Shown: one piece after another, positions 1 through 13,310 of the stretch | Numbering within the stretch: the first letter of the stretch is position 1 | Layout of the letters: every line of letters begins with the position of its first letter | Assembly: GCA_050575255.1 (NCBI GenBank) | Contig: JBNZDD010013730.1 | Location: 496,047-560,046 of the forward strand | Reading direction: 5' to 3' | Source of the DNA: Harriotta raleighana | Taxonomy: Eukaryota | Length of the DNA: 64,000 nt | Translations under genes and position numbers: made by a program | Notes under the pieces: model-generated | What the model saw: the letters and a program-made list of their open reading frames with translations, nothing else | What the model was told of the DNA's origin: nothing | Database searches by the model: none

Positions 1-2254
1 TCCTGAGCATGATTTCACTTACTTTCTTCTAATATAAATGGACTTTCATTATATAAGTTCGTCAAATCATTTCCAGGTTTTCATACCGCAGTTTGTGGTG
101 ATAACAGCTACTGGGGCTTTGCGTTGGAGCTAAATGGAAGACATTACAAAAAAAAAAGAAATTGGCTTGCTTGTTACAGGGTTAACTCACAAGCAGAGAT
201 GGTTTGGTTGATAAGTAATAGAAATCTGACTCTTTCACAGATCTTCTTTACGTGATTACTCCAGGACACAGTGTACAGCAGTATCTTGATTTTGTTGGCA
301 GCGGCTATGTCTCGAAGATTTTAGAGTGATTTTGCATATAAAATATTCATTTTGACCATTTAGGCTTCATTTGTAAGATATAATCAAGATGTTAGCTCAT
401 GAAATAAATTGCCTCTTAGCAACGGGGACATAGATATCATTTGAAGCATTTGAAAAGGAAACTCCACATACAACGAGGGCAAGAGGAAGATAAAAAATAA
501 CTTGGTTTAATGGCCTTATTAGTGTCATTGTGTACTGATGTCTTTTAAGGATATGTTACCCAAAGCACAGACACAATGACTTTCTCAAAATATGTCCCAC
601 CTAAGTATGCTGCTTCTTGGAATCCAACCAGTCCTTGAGGTTTAATAAATCAGTAAATAGATGTGGGGGGTGGCGGGGGGGGGCAATCAGATTTATACAG
701 AATGCATCTCACTAGAAAACTTGGCTGGAGATCATGAACGAATTAGTTTTTTTTTGCTTCCAAAAAGGAGCTGAGTTCAGTGATAGTCATTCCATGGAGA
801 AGAGTTGACCCTCCACCCCCTCCCCAACCCCATCAACTTGAAACGACTGACAAAGAAGCAGAGATTGGCCTTGGAGCACATCAGTAGCTTACGCAGCCAA
901 TTATCAAGTAAGGCAGATAAACTAATGGTCAGAAAATGACTCTGCTGTGATATTCCCCAAGACCAAAAATGCCTGTTGACACTCACTTGTCAAGACATCC
1001 TTGCAAATAAACAGCTAATTGGGAGAGGTAGCGTAAGGGTTCTAGCTTAGTTTTCCTGATCGCTTAAGGGGTAAAGAGAGAACGCTGAGAATTTTTAATT
1101 CGAATACATTGAAATCTTCAAGGACTGTGAAGGATTGGGCTTGAAGATCAACGAGGTGGACGTGAGGGTAATTCGGGTTTCAGCCGCGTGTAGGAAGGGA
1201 GATGGTTCCGTCCTCGGTAGAGTTGCACACGACCCCAGACGAACGCAGCAAAACAAAACGCACAAACACATTTTTTCCTTCTGACATTCCATTGCTCTCG
1301 AAGAGTTGGCATTCCCTCAAAGCGGAGAGGGAGAACATCGGAAATATATTCTCCGAGATCTTAAAAGTCCAGAAGTCTTGTGTGTGCGTGTGTGTGTGTG
1401 TGTGTGCGTGAGAGAGAGAGTGTGAAAGACTCGAATGTTTCTTTCAAGCATGTCAATATCGAAAGTGGGAAAGACACAACAGCCTAGCAATCCACCAGCC
1501 CAGCAGCAGCAGTATTTCAGCTTCAAACTCAAAAATATACTGCAATGCACAGACTGCTTTGTTAATTTGATGAGATTTTGTGGAATTTTATATTTTATGG
1601 AATACTAATAATTCAAGAACGTTTCAAAATGTTTGGGAATTTGGATCTCATAAAAGACCCTTAAATTACTTCTGTTCATTGGCAGTGGGAATAGTTGGGC
1701 ATTAACGTTAATCCCAGACTTCCTTCCTCGCTCACTCACGAGCCACCAAGATGTGTAATAAAGGTGATTTACTTCTCTTCCTGCGAGCCAACCTTCAGCC
1801 TCACCTCGGAGTGACCCTCCCTTCCTCCTCCAATTCTATTATTTCAATTCCAGTCTTAGAAATACAAAAAATCAAAATATCGCAGGAAAAAAAGGCAAAT
1901 GTTTTGGATGTTGCGTCGACCAATTAGTTTATTGAAGAGAAACATTCAGATTAAATGACGTTTAATCCATATTAATTGTTCACATCTTCCCGGGTCTGAT
2001 CTCTAGCCCGTTTGGCTGCTGATCTCAGTCCGAGCAACAGTAGTTGCTTTTGAGTTGATATCAGAATCCCTGCCAAACACACAGGTCCTTTGCACATCAG
2101 GTGTCAGCATCGAGTGCAATGTCTGCCAATAGTAAAACAGACTGCAAATGTTCACCGTCAAGACTTACCCACACAGACAACCAATAGCCCCTTCAGCAAA
2201 AGCACCATCAGGGGAAGTAAAAACAAGCTCCACAATATCAGGAGGGAAAGAGGA

Positions 2255-2345
2255 TCGTAGAATCTTTACAGCACAAAAGGAGGCCATTCGGCCCATCGTG
2301 TCTGTGACGGCCCTTTGAACAGAGCAATTCAAAGTCAATCCCACT
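2255..2345 (-). mobile_element. CR1-type LINE 3' tail fragment
   Basis: The sequence tagaatc...acagcacaaaaggaggccattcggcccatcgtgtctgtg is the typical reverse-complemented CR1 3' end seen in fish and sharks. Confidence 0.6.
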
Positions 2346-3349
2346 CAGGATATGGAGAAACCTGTCAAATATACCCCACCCACCCACCCCACAGAAACAT
2401 GTAAAAAAAAACCCAGATGCATCAATTTCTACTGTTAGTTATAGCTGTGCAAACTGTTACCGAATTTACTCTGGCCTCATTGATTGTCCTCGCGAAACTC
2501 TGCACTGTACTGCAAGCAGCTTCTCTCAAACCCCCATTTCTGTCTGACAGCGCAATTGGAAGAGATTGAAAACCACTCTGGGACGGGTAGAACTGTTCAA
2601 AATACAGGATCACAGAGGTGTGTGTGTGTGTGTGCGTGTGTGTGCATGGGAGGAGAGAGAGCGAGAGAGAGAAATCAACCACTTGAAAGGCGGCAGAGTT
2701 TAAGGAGAATAAGGAGCTTCTGGGTGCAGATGAAGAGGATATGGTTTGTGACCTGGATCGAGGTTGTCAGTACTGTGACTGGGCAGAGATAAACTGGAGG
2801 GATTCATTCAGCAAGTCAATGGTGGGGAGGTAAAAAGCCTATTTCTCCTCCCATAAATATACCTGTGATCACCTGACTTCTTCCTTTCTTCCAACATCTC
2901 TCACCCTATTCAAGCCATTGACTCACTCTGTGTCTCCATGATGACTTTCTCCCTGAAAGCCTCAGTGCAAGCGCAAGTCAGTGCTGCTGTTTATGTCATC
3001 AGCTAAAACCCACTCGACTGAATTATAACTCGCGGACAGATATGTATTATTCCCCATAGATTTATGCTGATCATCCATTAACAATCCTCCGCAGCATTAC
3101 CACATTCCAGAACACAAAGTTTACAGACCAGTCACTGGTCACAGCTATGTTTGTTATGATAGCAGTGACAGCGAGATTTCATTTCAGCATAGAGCATGCA
3201 ACGTGCTCAGTAAACAAGTCAAAAACACATTGGCTCTTCACACAGCCTCTCCGAAAGCTGCCAAATGTGTCGGGTATTCGATTAAATACAATTCTGCTGA
3301 ACACGAAGGACATCTGCAGTGAGACTGAACTAGTCTGATTACTCATTAA

Positions 3350-3610
3350 ACACCAACAACAACAACAAAAATTACATGCATAGAGCAGCCTTTCACGTCT
3401 GGAGGACGTTCCAAGGCGCTGAACAGTCAGGTCGGGACCCAAGCAAGGGAGTGGGGCAGGGTAGGGGGGAAGCCGGGGGGGAGGGAGAGGGTTAGGAGGG
3501 GGAGGGAGAGAAAGTTGGGAGGGCGGCAGAAGGCATGGTCTTGAGATCGACCTTGAAGGAGGAGAGAGAGGGAGCGAGGCGAAGGGACTGTGGAATGGAG
3601 TTCCAGAGTG
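3350..3610 (-). mobile_element. L2 LINE 3' fragment
   Basis: The minus strand encodes LWNSIPQSLRLAPSLSSFKVDLKT (L2 ORF2 C-terminus), followed by the stem-loop tail and (TTG)n. Confidence 0.9.
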
Positions 3611-5393
3611 GGTGGGGGGGGGGGTGGGAGGGTAGAGAGGCTGAAAGAAGAAGCAAGTCAATGGGGAAGATCATTCGGATGAGCACAGTACAGGGCTGCT
3701 TCAATCAGAAGCAACCCTGTGATCCCTGGAGTTGCTGAAATTGGCCCCATTTACAGTGTGGGGGGGCTTTTTCCACCGATGACAACGCTGTAGGTTTTCA
3801 GTCTTGTATTTCACAACGTATGTACAGTATTTGGTGGCTGAGTTAGTGCGGATCTTCGGAATGCAAAAAAAAATGCTCAGAAACTGAAATGATCAAATAG
3901 CGGCCTGTTAACCAGTCATTCTGCTTCTCACTCCTTCGAATTTCCTTCTTGAGCTCCAATATTGTGCTCCTTATCCCTTCTCCCTTCCCTCTTCTCCCCA
4001 CCACCCCACCCCCCCCACATCCCCCCCATGAATTAGTGGGGGTATTTGTGAAAGCCTCGACCTTTGATCATGAATTAAACATTTCTCAGATGAAAGAAGC
4101 AGAAATAGCCCCCACTTTCCTATAAGATCGGGGCTGATAGAAAATAACTTTTTTTTATATAAAAAAAACCGCAAACACTGCGAGAATTTCTATCCGAGTC
4201 AAATGTGTGACTTGTCAATATGGCAGAATCTCACCATCTTAGTCCGTTTAAAGATCGGGTGCCCAACTCTGCACAGGTCATTGCAAAATGTGACTTCAGA
4301 AATCATCTACACAAGACTATTACAGTACCACAGCTAGTTTCGACTTGCAGCAAAATGTAGAAACTTTCAGGCAATAATCTATAAATTTTGCACAGCCAAA
4401 TCCATTAACATTTTTCAACCTCCCGTCAGTAGAAATCGTGACTTCAGCAGCACATTGATGAATCTCCTCTGAGTCAGAATGCAGGTTACAGGTTCAAACC
4501 CTTGTTCCGGTGTGAATGAATGTTACTTACTACAGTATATTCACTCGGCTATGTTACAAATAAAGTTCGAGACTTTATTTTGCGGGGGTTGGAGGGGGGA
4601 ATGAGGGAGCAGAATGATGTGGAAAGCAGAGCACAACTCGACTGCCATTGGTAAAGGTGTATAAATAAATGAATTTGTATATAAGCAAAAAAAGCAAAAA
4701 AAAGCACTATAATTGCTTTCAAACGATTTATGCCTCAGTAAACAACGTTATAACATTGCTGTTTTCAGCGTGGAGGGAGCTCCATCTCTTCAGCATCTTC
4801 TGACTCAATCCCTAACGATGTGTTTATAATCGCAGAACCATTTCGAGAAGCAGCTCTGTTAAGATTGCGAGTTCCTATTGCCATGGAGTTCAACCCATTT
4901 ACAAATGTGGAACTGGTTTCTACAGCACCAGAACAACAAACAAAACTATGCGTGTTTAAAAGTCACGATTGCAAGCTCTATCAACTCCCCTCTGGTCCTT
5001 CCCCAGTGTCTGGAGAGGGTCTGCAAAGCCAAGCTCGTCAAAACAAAAACGCATGGACTACACGCACGCACAGCTCAAGCTTTCAGGCCCTCACGACTGC
5101 CAAAAAAACAAGATGGTTGATCGTGGTGTCTGCTAGCCCACTCAAGGTACTTCCCAACACCTGAAGATACAGCAGCAAAGGGCAGTCGTGTTGCAGAATT
5201 ATTATTTTTTTGGGTGGTGGGGGGGGGGGNCAAGGTACTTCCCAACACCTGAAGATACAGCAGCAAAGGGCAGTCGTGTTGCAGAATTATTATTTTTTTG
5301 GGTGGGGGGGGGGCGTGTTAGGGGTGGGGGGGAAAGGGTTAACTTGGTGTCTGACGCATGCGGAAACTCGTCACCGTGCTTCAGTGCCACCAG

Positions 5394-5605
5394 TAATAAT
5401 AATTGGTCATTTTCAATCCACGGCTGTTTGTGTGTGTGTGTGTGGGGTGGGGGGGGGGAACGCTGCTGTGCGCAATTAGCTGCCGCGTTTCACCCACTAT
5501 ATATACAGTCGATTCACTTTACAGTGTATTCTGTGAGGCGCTTTGAGACGTCGATAAGATGTGAAAAGCCGCTATATCAAATGCAAGGATTATTATGATA
5601 TTATT
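5394..5605 (+). mobile_element. tRNA-headed SINE family, 5'-truncated copy
   Basis: It has the core gctgtgcgcaattagctgccgcgttt and the tail gcgctttgagacgtc...gtgaaaagccgctatatcaaatgcaaggattatta. Confidence 0.9.
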
Positions 5606-6012
5606 AGAAGAGTTTGCAAATCCAGCTGAGATTTCCATGGGTCCCATCTATACATGGAAATCCCAGAATCCCAGCTAGATTGATAGCGTGGAACGTACAG
5701 TTTCACCCACTGCATTCAAACCAAGGCTGGGAAGTACCTTTGCATAACTTTGAGTTTGAGTTCTGCCTTAGTTAGTTACTAGGCGGTAACTGATTAATCT
5801 GTTTGATGGGTTGAGCTGTTAATCTGGTTGTTCGAAGCTTGTCTTTGTTTTAAAAGCTCGCTACTGTTCTGTGTTCTGTGGTCACTGTAGATTCTTTGCA
5901 AATGTGTAATGTGTCTTTACACTGCTCAGGCGTTACAATCATTTTTCCTGCCAGCAGCTTTTCTTATTGTTGTAATGAAAGTGTGTGTCTATTATTCTCG
6001 TCTGTGGGTACA

Positions 6013-6230
6013 GATAATAATCCCTCACCAAAAAAAAGCAGTAATACATTGGTCATTTCAACCCAAGACGGTTTGTGACAAGCTGCTGTGCGCAATTGGC
6101 TGCTGCGTTTCGCCCACAAATATACAGTAGTCAATTCGCTTTACTGTCTATTCTGTGAAGCGCTTTGAGATGTCTACAAGATGTGAAAAGCGCTAAATCA
6201 AATGCAAGGATTATTATTAATATTATTATT
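6013..6230 (+). mobile_element. SINE, 5'-truncated copy
   Basis: It has the same core and tail as the other copies. Confidence 0.9.
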
Positions 6231-7221
6231 TTGTCCCAAAATAATTTTCCATACTTCACAGGAGGCTTTTTCCTCTGTTACTTGGGGAGAATGAATATTT
6301 GGAGGGTGAACTCGTGCTCCGCTGGGAGAGTTCAGCAAATCTGATCTCGTGGACTTTAGATTTCCCCCAAATTATTCCCAAGATTCGTTCTTATTCTTAA
6401 TATTAATAATATATTATATTAATCTAGTTCTACATACATTCATTCTAGTTCTACATTCATCCAGCTCAGTATTGCAAGGCACAGGGCAGAGAAAATAGCC
6501 CTCATCATCTTGAATCATTGCTGATTAGAGTTAGTAATTGTTTTTGTATCAGCTATGACACTTATAACTGCTTCCCTTATAAAGTACCACCTGTTAAATT
6601 CACAAGAAGAACACAAGACAATTGGCCAACCTTGTTCAAACAAAATGATTTGGAAGAAGATGACAAAAATGCTCAAATGTTGTCAAAAATAAATATAATA
6701 AACATTAATCCTTATATTTGGTTTTGTGCCTTTTGTATTGGGGGAAATGCCTTGAAAAGGCTTCATAGGATACACTGTAAAGTGTAATGACAGTGTGTTT
6801 TGTAGGTGAACCTCGCAGTCAATTTGCTCGCAGCCACGTCCCACTAACAGCCATGAAATGAATGACCAATTTTATTTGGCCAGATTACTAGCCAAGAGAC
6901 TGGGAACAACTCAGCTCGATGGAATAGACAATATAGTTCCAAAGGAAGAGACGGTTCTGGAAGAAAACGTTTATCGTTGTTCATTGTTTGGTGTTTCACG
7001 CTGCTGCCATAATGATTGCGTAATGCAAGAGAGTCTTATAGAACAGTATCGAACATGTTCACACCAGTGATACTCCCCACACTGAGTGGCCTCAATCTCA
7101 CTCGATTTAATGGAGGCACCAAAGCCCAACTGAACACTTCTCAACTGCAAAGTCACTGGTTTCAGGAGAACTGGAAGAAGCCAGCAAAACAGGTTGTCCA
7201 GTTGCTCTTAAGGCCCTTTCA

Positions 7222-7500
7222 AACAACAACAACAACAAAATTACACTTATAGAGTGCGTTTCACGTCAGGAGGATGTCCCAAGGCGCTGAAACAAAAAGG
7301 TAAATCTCACCCTCAGCAAACAAAACCCTTTCCTACAAATGGGATTAGATTAAACCATTAGGGAATTAAACAATTAGGAGATCACAATCTAAATACAATT
7401 TACAGATCAACCACTTCAAAAATCAAAATTATATTTATAGAGCGCCTTTCACGTTGGGGGGACGTCCCAAGGCGCTTTACAGTCAAGTAGGGATCAAAGC
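7222..7500 (-). mobile_element. Two L2 3'-tail fragments (about 7222-7292 and 7420-7500)
   Basis: Both carry the (caa)n-aaaattacat...tttcacgt...gtcccaaggcgct tail motif. Confidence 0.8.
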
Positions 7501-8959
7501 AAGAGGGGGGTGGGGGGGGGTGGCGAAGGGGGTGAAGGAGAGTAGGAAAATTAACTGTACATTTGTGGGTGAAAACGCGGCAGCTAAATTGCTCACAGCA
7601 GGGTCCCACAAACAGTCATGGGAGTGGGATCAGGGGAAAAAAGGGGGGAAAGGGGTCGGGGTAGGGGGAAGGAAAACAGAAAAAAAAACGACTGTATATT
7701 TGTGGGCGAAACACGGCAGCCAACTTCCAGCTGAGTTCCCAAGTAGAACACCAACCCACCAACCCACCATTTGTAATCATATTTCAGATATTAATTGTTT
7801 CCCCCCCTTATTTGGCCTGTTCCTTCCAGGAATTATATTGTGGTTTCAGCACTCTATTTGTGGAATAGAAGTATTCAAGACTGGAAGATTTCTGTTTCAT
7901 TAGTATGTAAAAGGGCGATGAACTTGGTGGCAAGCCAGAGTGAGGTGAAGATGTGTCTGAACAGATCCTACCACACGAACCTGGACATTTTTCAATTCCT
8001 ATAACAGTATTCAATTTATCTAACATGCATTTCAAACGTTTTATTGGGTTGTCGAAATTATAGCACGATTGTTAAATTGTACCACAGAGCCCATTACATC
8101 AAAACATGCTCAAAGAATATTTGCGATTCATATGCGAATCCACAAACTGAAAAGTCCTCAGCATTTGGGAGAGGGGAGGGGAGGGAAGGAAAGTGATAAT
8201 TGTTGAACACAAAAAATTTGTACAATGATTTGTCTGTAGTATATGCTAATACAACAACAACAACAGATCAATAGGAAAGATCCCAAACTTATACACCATC
8301 AACTTTAGAATCTATCCGGCATTTTAGCTTCGAGTAATATTAGTTAAACTGACAACAGAATTAAGGGAGATGAAGGGATTATACACTTACACACACATAC
8401 ATAAACACACACACACACATGCACGCAAAGATACGGCAACTTTAACTGTGTCCTCTAACGTATTAGACACCTTTCTTTTTTTTATATAAATGAAATGAAG
8501 TAATTAGCAACCGCAGCACATAGCTGTTACACAAAATCTATTGCCACAGTTGATGGCTTCAGCCTCTCAGGTTCCTAGTTCTGCTCGTTTGAAAATGTCC
8601 TTCTGTCTGGATTTAACTTTGGAACATCGGCAGCTTTGACTCTGGCGTGAATTCACTTCCCCGAGCAGCGTTTCTCCCGAGCTTGTTTGCACGAACCTAC
8701 TTTTTACTCCTGATAAAAGGTCAGGAATCAACATCTAATTCACAGTACTTAAGGCATCTGGAATAATAATAATATTCCTTGCATTTGGTATAGCGCGGTA
8801 GACTTCAGGAGGATGTCTAAAAGTGCTCTGTAGGATTTACTGTAAAGAGTAGTGATTGTGTATTCAGTAGGCAAACCTGACAAGACTATTTGGTGCCCAC
8901 AACATAACTTGAATCAGAACATGACGTGCACTAAGCACAGTTTCACTGTGGAGGAAGAG

Positions 8960-9290
8960 TGGAGGCCTACTAGATCAGCGGCTACGGGTACTCGCCTTGC
9001 AAGCAACCCTGGCCTGGGTTCGATTCCCGGCAGTTCAGGGGGAAATCTTGATCAAGTTTCCTTACTCCACACGACTGATTAATAATAATCCCTCAAAACA
9101 AAACAAAAATTGGTCAGTCATTTCAATCCATGACTGTTGTGGGACTGGGACACTGCGGTGGGCAATTGGCTGCCAGGTTTCGCCCACAGGAAAAGCAGTC
9201 AAATTCACTTGACAGTGTGTTGTGTGAAGCGCTTTGAGACGTCGAGAAGATGTGAAATGGAAAGCGCTACATCAAATGCAAAGGTTATTA
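8960..9290 (+). mobile_element. Near full-length tRNA-headed SINE
   Basis: It has a degenerate A box, a B box GGTTCGATTCC, the family core and the L2-like tail. Confidence 0.9.
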
Positions 9291-9397
9291 CTGTTATAAA
9301 CAGACCTTGCTGCTATATGTGTGTGTGTGTATATGTGTGTGTTTCTGTTTCACTCCTGTCATTCTGGTTGTGACTATTAATACTCTGTTCCGATGTC

Positions 9398-9753
9398 GTA
9401 ATAATAATAATGCTGGCATTTGATATAGCGGCTTTTCACATCTTTTAGACGTCTCAAAGCGCTTCACGGAATAAACTGTAAAGTGAATTAACTGTATATA
9501 TTTGTGGGCGAAACGCAGCAGCCAATTGCACACAGCAGCGTCCCCCCCCCCACACAGTCGTGGATTGAAATCACCAATTTTTTTTATTATTGTGTTTTTT
9601 TGGGGGATTATTAGGCGCGTGTGTGGGTGTGGGTGTGTGTGGGGTGGAGTAAGGAAACTTGCCCAAGGTTTCGCCCTGATCTGCCTGGATTCGAACACAG
9701 GTCTCACACGCGTGTAAGGCGAGTGAGTGCACTAACCCACTGAGCTACAGGAG
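9398..9753 (-). mobile_element. Full-length tRNA-headed SINE
   Basis: The minus strand has an A box TAGCTCAGTGG, a B box GTTCGAATCC, the core, the tail and (TTA)n. Confidence 0.93.
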
Positions 9754-9901
9754 ACTGACTCCACATTAGTTACACTGTACATGTTAAATCGCACCCAGGC
9801 CACCCACTGAGGAGCAAGTGGCCTTTTGCACACTTAAAGAGTGTGAGAGAGAGAGAGAGAGAAACATCTACATAACACAACAGTCCTGGAACAACATTAT
9901 C

Positions 9902-9990
9902 NNNNNNNNNNNNNNNNNNNNNNNNNNNNNNNNNNNNNNNNNNNNNNNNNNNNNNNNNNNNNNNNNNNNNNNNNNNNNNNNNNNNNNNNN
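9902..9990. other. Assembly gap (N run)
   Basis: Run of N. Confidence 0.99.
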
Positions 9991-10111
9991 NAAAAACCCC
10001 CCCCCCCCCCCCCCCCCATTGATAGCATTAGGCTGGTAAATTCTCATTGCCTATATACCATATTTGTGATTATTTGAATTTGATAGATATATATATATAC
10101 ACACACTGATG

Positions 10112-10144
<33 letters not shown>

Positions 10145-11185
10145 TTATTAAACAATACTGCCAGCATTGGATGAATAGCTGCAGAGAATGCATTTGCAAA
10201 GGGTTTGAGTTAAGTATCTAATGCCAGATTAATACCAGTGGCACATTAACAGCAATCCGACCCTTTCCTTGACAGATGGACAAAAATGAAACACCTGACA
10301 CAGTGGACTGGGCCAGCCTTTCTCTCTCCCCCTCTGTATAAGGTATTGCTATCTCAGCTAACAAAGAGGTAACTCTAGACTGTGAAGTTGTGAGTTGCCC
10401 ACCCACTTGTGCATCACATTAAAATCTCCACTTAACCTAGTTGGGAGTTTGGGTTGGAACAATAGACACACACACACACACCTCTCTTCCTTTATTATGA
10501 TTATTATTATTATATAATGTATAATATATATAAATATATATATATTGAAATAAAATTAAAATAAAAGTGTTTGTGTATTTTCTCTCTCTCTCTTTCCCTC
10601 CCCCTTTCCCCCCCTTTTTAATTGAAATCCAACTTGTGGAGGATTCCCAACTTTNTCTCCACTTAACCTAGTTGGGAGTTTGGGTTGGAACAATAGACAC
10701 ACACATCTCTCTTCCTTTTTATGATTATTATTATATAATGTATAATATATATAAATATATATATATTGAAATAAAATTAAAATAAAAGTGTTTGTGTATT
10801 TTCTCTCTCTCTCTTTCCCTCCCCCTTTCCCCCCCTTTTTAATTGAAATCCAACTTGTGGAGGATTCCCAACTTTCCCCCACTCACTGTCTTCTTGATGA
10901 CCCTGGAGTTTGAGACACAAACTAGTGACAGCCTCAATAGTAATAGTAATAGTAATAATAATAATATTACGATACAAAAATTAAGGTGCTTTTGCAAACC
11001 TATCCAACACCTTTCTCAGCCTCCCATGTCACTCTGTCGCCCACTACAGCCCGGTGCAGTACAGTATAGTGTAATATAAATAGATAATAACACATTTCAA
11101 TATTTAATACAATACAAATCACTATCATGGGCAGCAGAACAGAGTATTAAGATTCACAGCCAGAGTGAGTAGGAGTGATACAAGC

Positions 11186-12889
11186 GCACACACACACACA
11201 CACACACACAGAGTTTTACAGTACATTACACTACACACTGTCTGTCTAGTGACTACTGTGTGTGTGTGTGTTGTGTGTTTCACTGGATCTCTGCTCTATG
11301 TTACTTTTACACACACACACACANGTGACTACTGTGTGTGTGTGTTGTGTGTTTCACTGGATCTCTGCTCTATGTTACTTTTACACACATACACACACAC
11401 AGTTTTACTGTACATTACACTACACACTGTGTCTAGTGACTACTGTGTGTGTGTGTGTTTCACTGGATCTCTGCTCTATGTTATTTTTTACACAGACACA
11501 CACATATATATATACACACACACATATATATACACACACACACACACATAGATAAACACACACACTCACAAATACAATTCTCTTTCATTGATAAAACTCT
11601 TTTTTTTTAATTTGTAAAATAAAATGAAATGGGGANTCTAGTGACTACTGTGTGTGTGTGTGTTGTGTGTTTCACTGGATCTCTGCTCTATGTTACTTTT
11701 ACACACATACACACACACAGTTTTACTGTACATTACACTACACACTGTGTCTAGTGACTACTGTGTGTGTGTGTGTTTCACTGGATCTCTGCTCTATGTT
11801 ATTTTTTACACAGACACACACACACATATATATACACACACACATATATATACACACACACATAGATACACACACACACTCACAAATACAATTATCTTTC
11901 ATTGATAAAACTCTTTTTTTTTTAATTTGTAAAATAAAATGAAATGGGGGNACACACAGTTTTACTGTACATTACACTACACACTGTGTCTAGTGACTAC
12001 TATGTGTGTGTGTGTGTGTTTCACTGGATCTCTGCTCTATGTTATTTTTTACACAGACACACACATATATATATACACACACACATATATATACACACAC
12101 ACACACACATAGATAAACACACACACTCACAAATACAATTCTCTTTCATTGATAAAACTCTTTTTTTTTAATTTGTAAAATAAAATGAAATGGGGAAAAA
12201 AAAAGACTTACTTACCGTGTGTTTTCTGTGTCCCCAACACTCTGGGCTGGACACCCAGCCTCTCCCTACCCTCTGGTCTCTTCTCGCAGCTGCTGTTCAT
12301 GTTGTATGTGTGTCTGTGTCTCTGTGTGTGTGTGTGTGTGGGAGAGAGACACACACACACACAGAGACAGACAGAGAAGATAAGAGGGAGAGGTGGAGGT
12401 GGGGGTTTCAGTCAGTAAATGCCACCCACCAACCCACCCACCCACCCAGCCAGCTGATCTCCAGGGATGGTCAGTAGGACATGTCCAGGGTCCTGTGATG
12501 GGCTTGAGTGAGGTGTGTTGGGGTCTCTCTCTCTGTCTCTCTGTCTCTCTCCCCAGGGGAGGGGAGGGGAGGGGAGGGGAGGTCTGGTCAGGCAGATGGA
12601 CTTGGTTCTCAGCTGGGCTGGAGTTGCTTGTGACTGTAGAGAAGCCACACTCTGCTCTGTAACATGCTCTGGACTCTCCTGTCCAAAAAACACACACACT
12701 CTCTCTCTCTCTCTCTCCTCTTGCTCTCTCTCAGACACTTCCTGAAGCTCTCGTGTTCTCTCTCTCTCTCTCTCTTTCTCTTTCTTTCTTTCTCACTCTC
12801 ACCCTCTCGTGTGTGTGTGTCCTGTTCGAGACACAAGGGCTGTGGGTTATTGTTAAAAAGATATATAGATATATATACTTTATATATAC

Positions 12890-12924
<35 letters not shown>

Positions 12925-13263
12925 TATTAAGACATATATATGTATATAGAAAGAAGATGGGAAACTCAATCACTCACTCTCAGTCACTCACTCACACTCA
13001 ACTCACTCACACACATACTCACTCACTCACTAACACACTTACGAACACACTCACTAACACTTACTAACACACACTCACCAACACACACTCAGTCACTCAC
13101 TAACACACTCACTAATAACACTCACTCACTAACTAATACTCACTGACACACTCATTCATTAACACTTACTAACACACANTGTATATCACACACACATCTG
13201 TACAATCTACAAGAAGCTGGGGAAATTGTTTAAACAATTTGTGGGTGACTTTATACACATATA

Positions 13264-13308
<45 letters not shown>

Positions 13309-13310
13309 GA
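11186..13310. repeat. Cluster of (CA)n, (TG)n, (CT)n, (TA)n microsatellites and an (ACTC)-like low-complexity tract, with N-joined duplicated segments
   Basis: Simple repeats are directly visible. A block of about 250-300 bp recurs across the single Ns at 11324, 11636 and 11951. Confidence 0.9.
12216..12300 (-). CDS. Candidate first coding exon of a downstream minus-strand gene (MNSSCEKRPEGRERLGVQPRVLGTQKTH, phase 1), possibly artemin by synteny
   Basis: The ATG is in an AACATG context (A at -3), followed by 28 open codons and a strong donor G|GTAAGT. It sits in a GA/CT-rich, 5'-UTR-like region. No protein homology was recognised. Confidence 0.4.

Noticed and set aside
23-130. Minus-strand segment with an acceptor and a GTAAGT donor, containing MKTWK (similar to GDNF/NRTN N-termini)
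   Set aside because: All three frames contain stops, and MKTWK is followed immediately by TGA.
11200-12195. Repeated units superficially like a CRISPR array or minisatellite
   Set aside because: The context is eukaryotic, there are no unique spacers, and the copies are joined by single Ns, consistent with assembly overlap.
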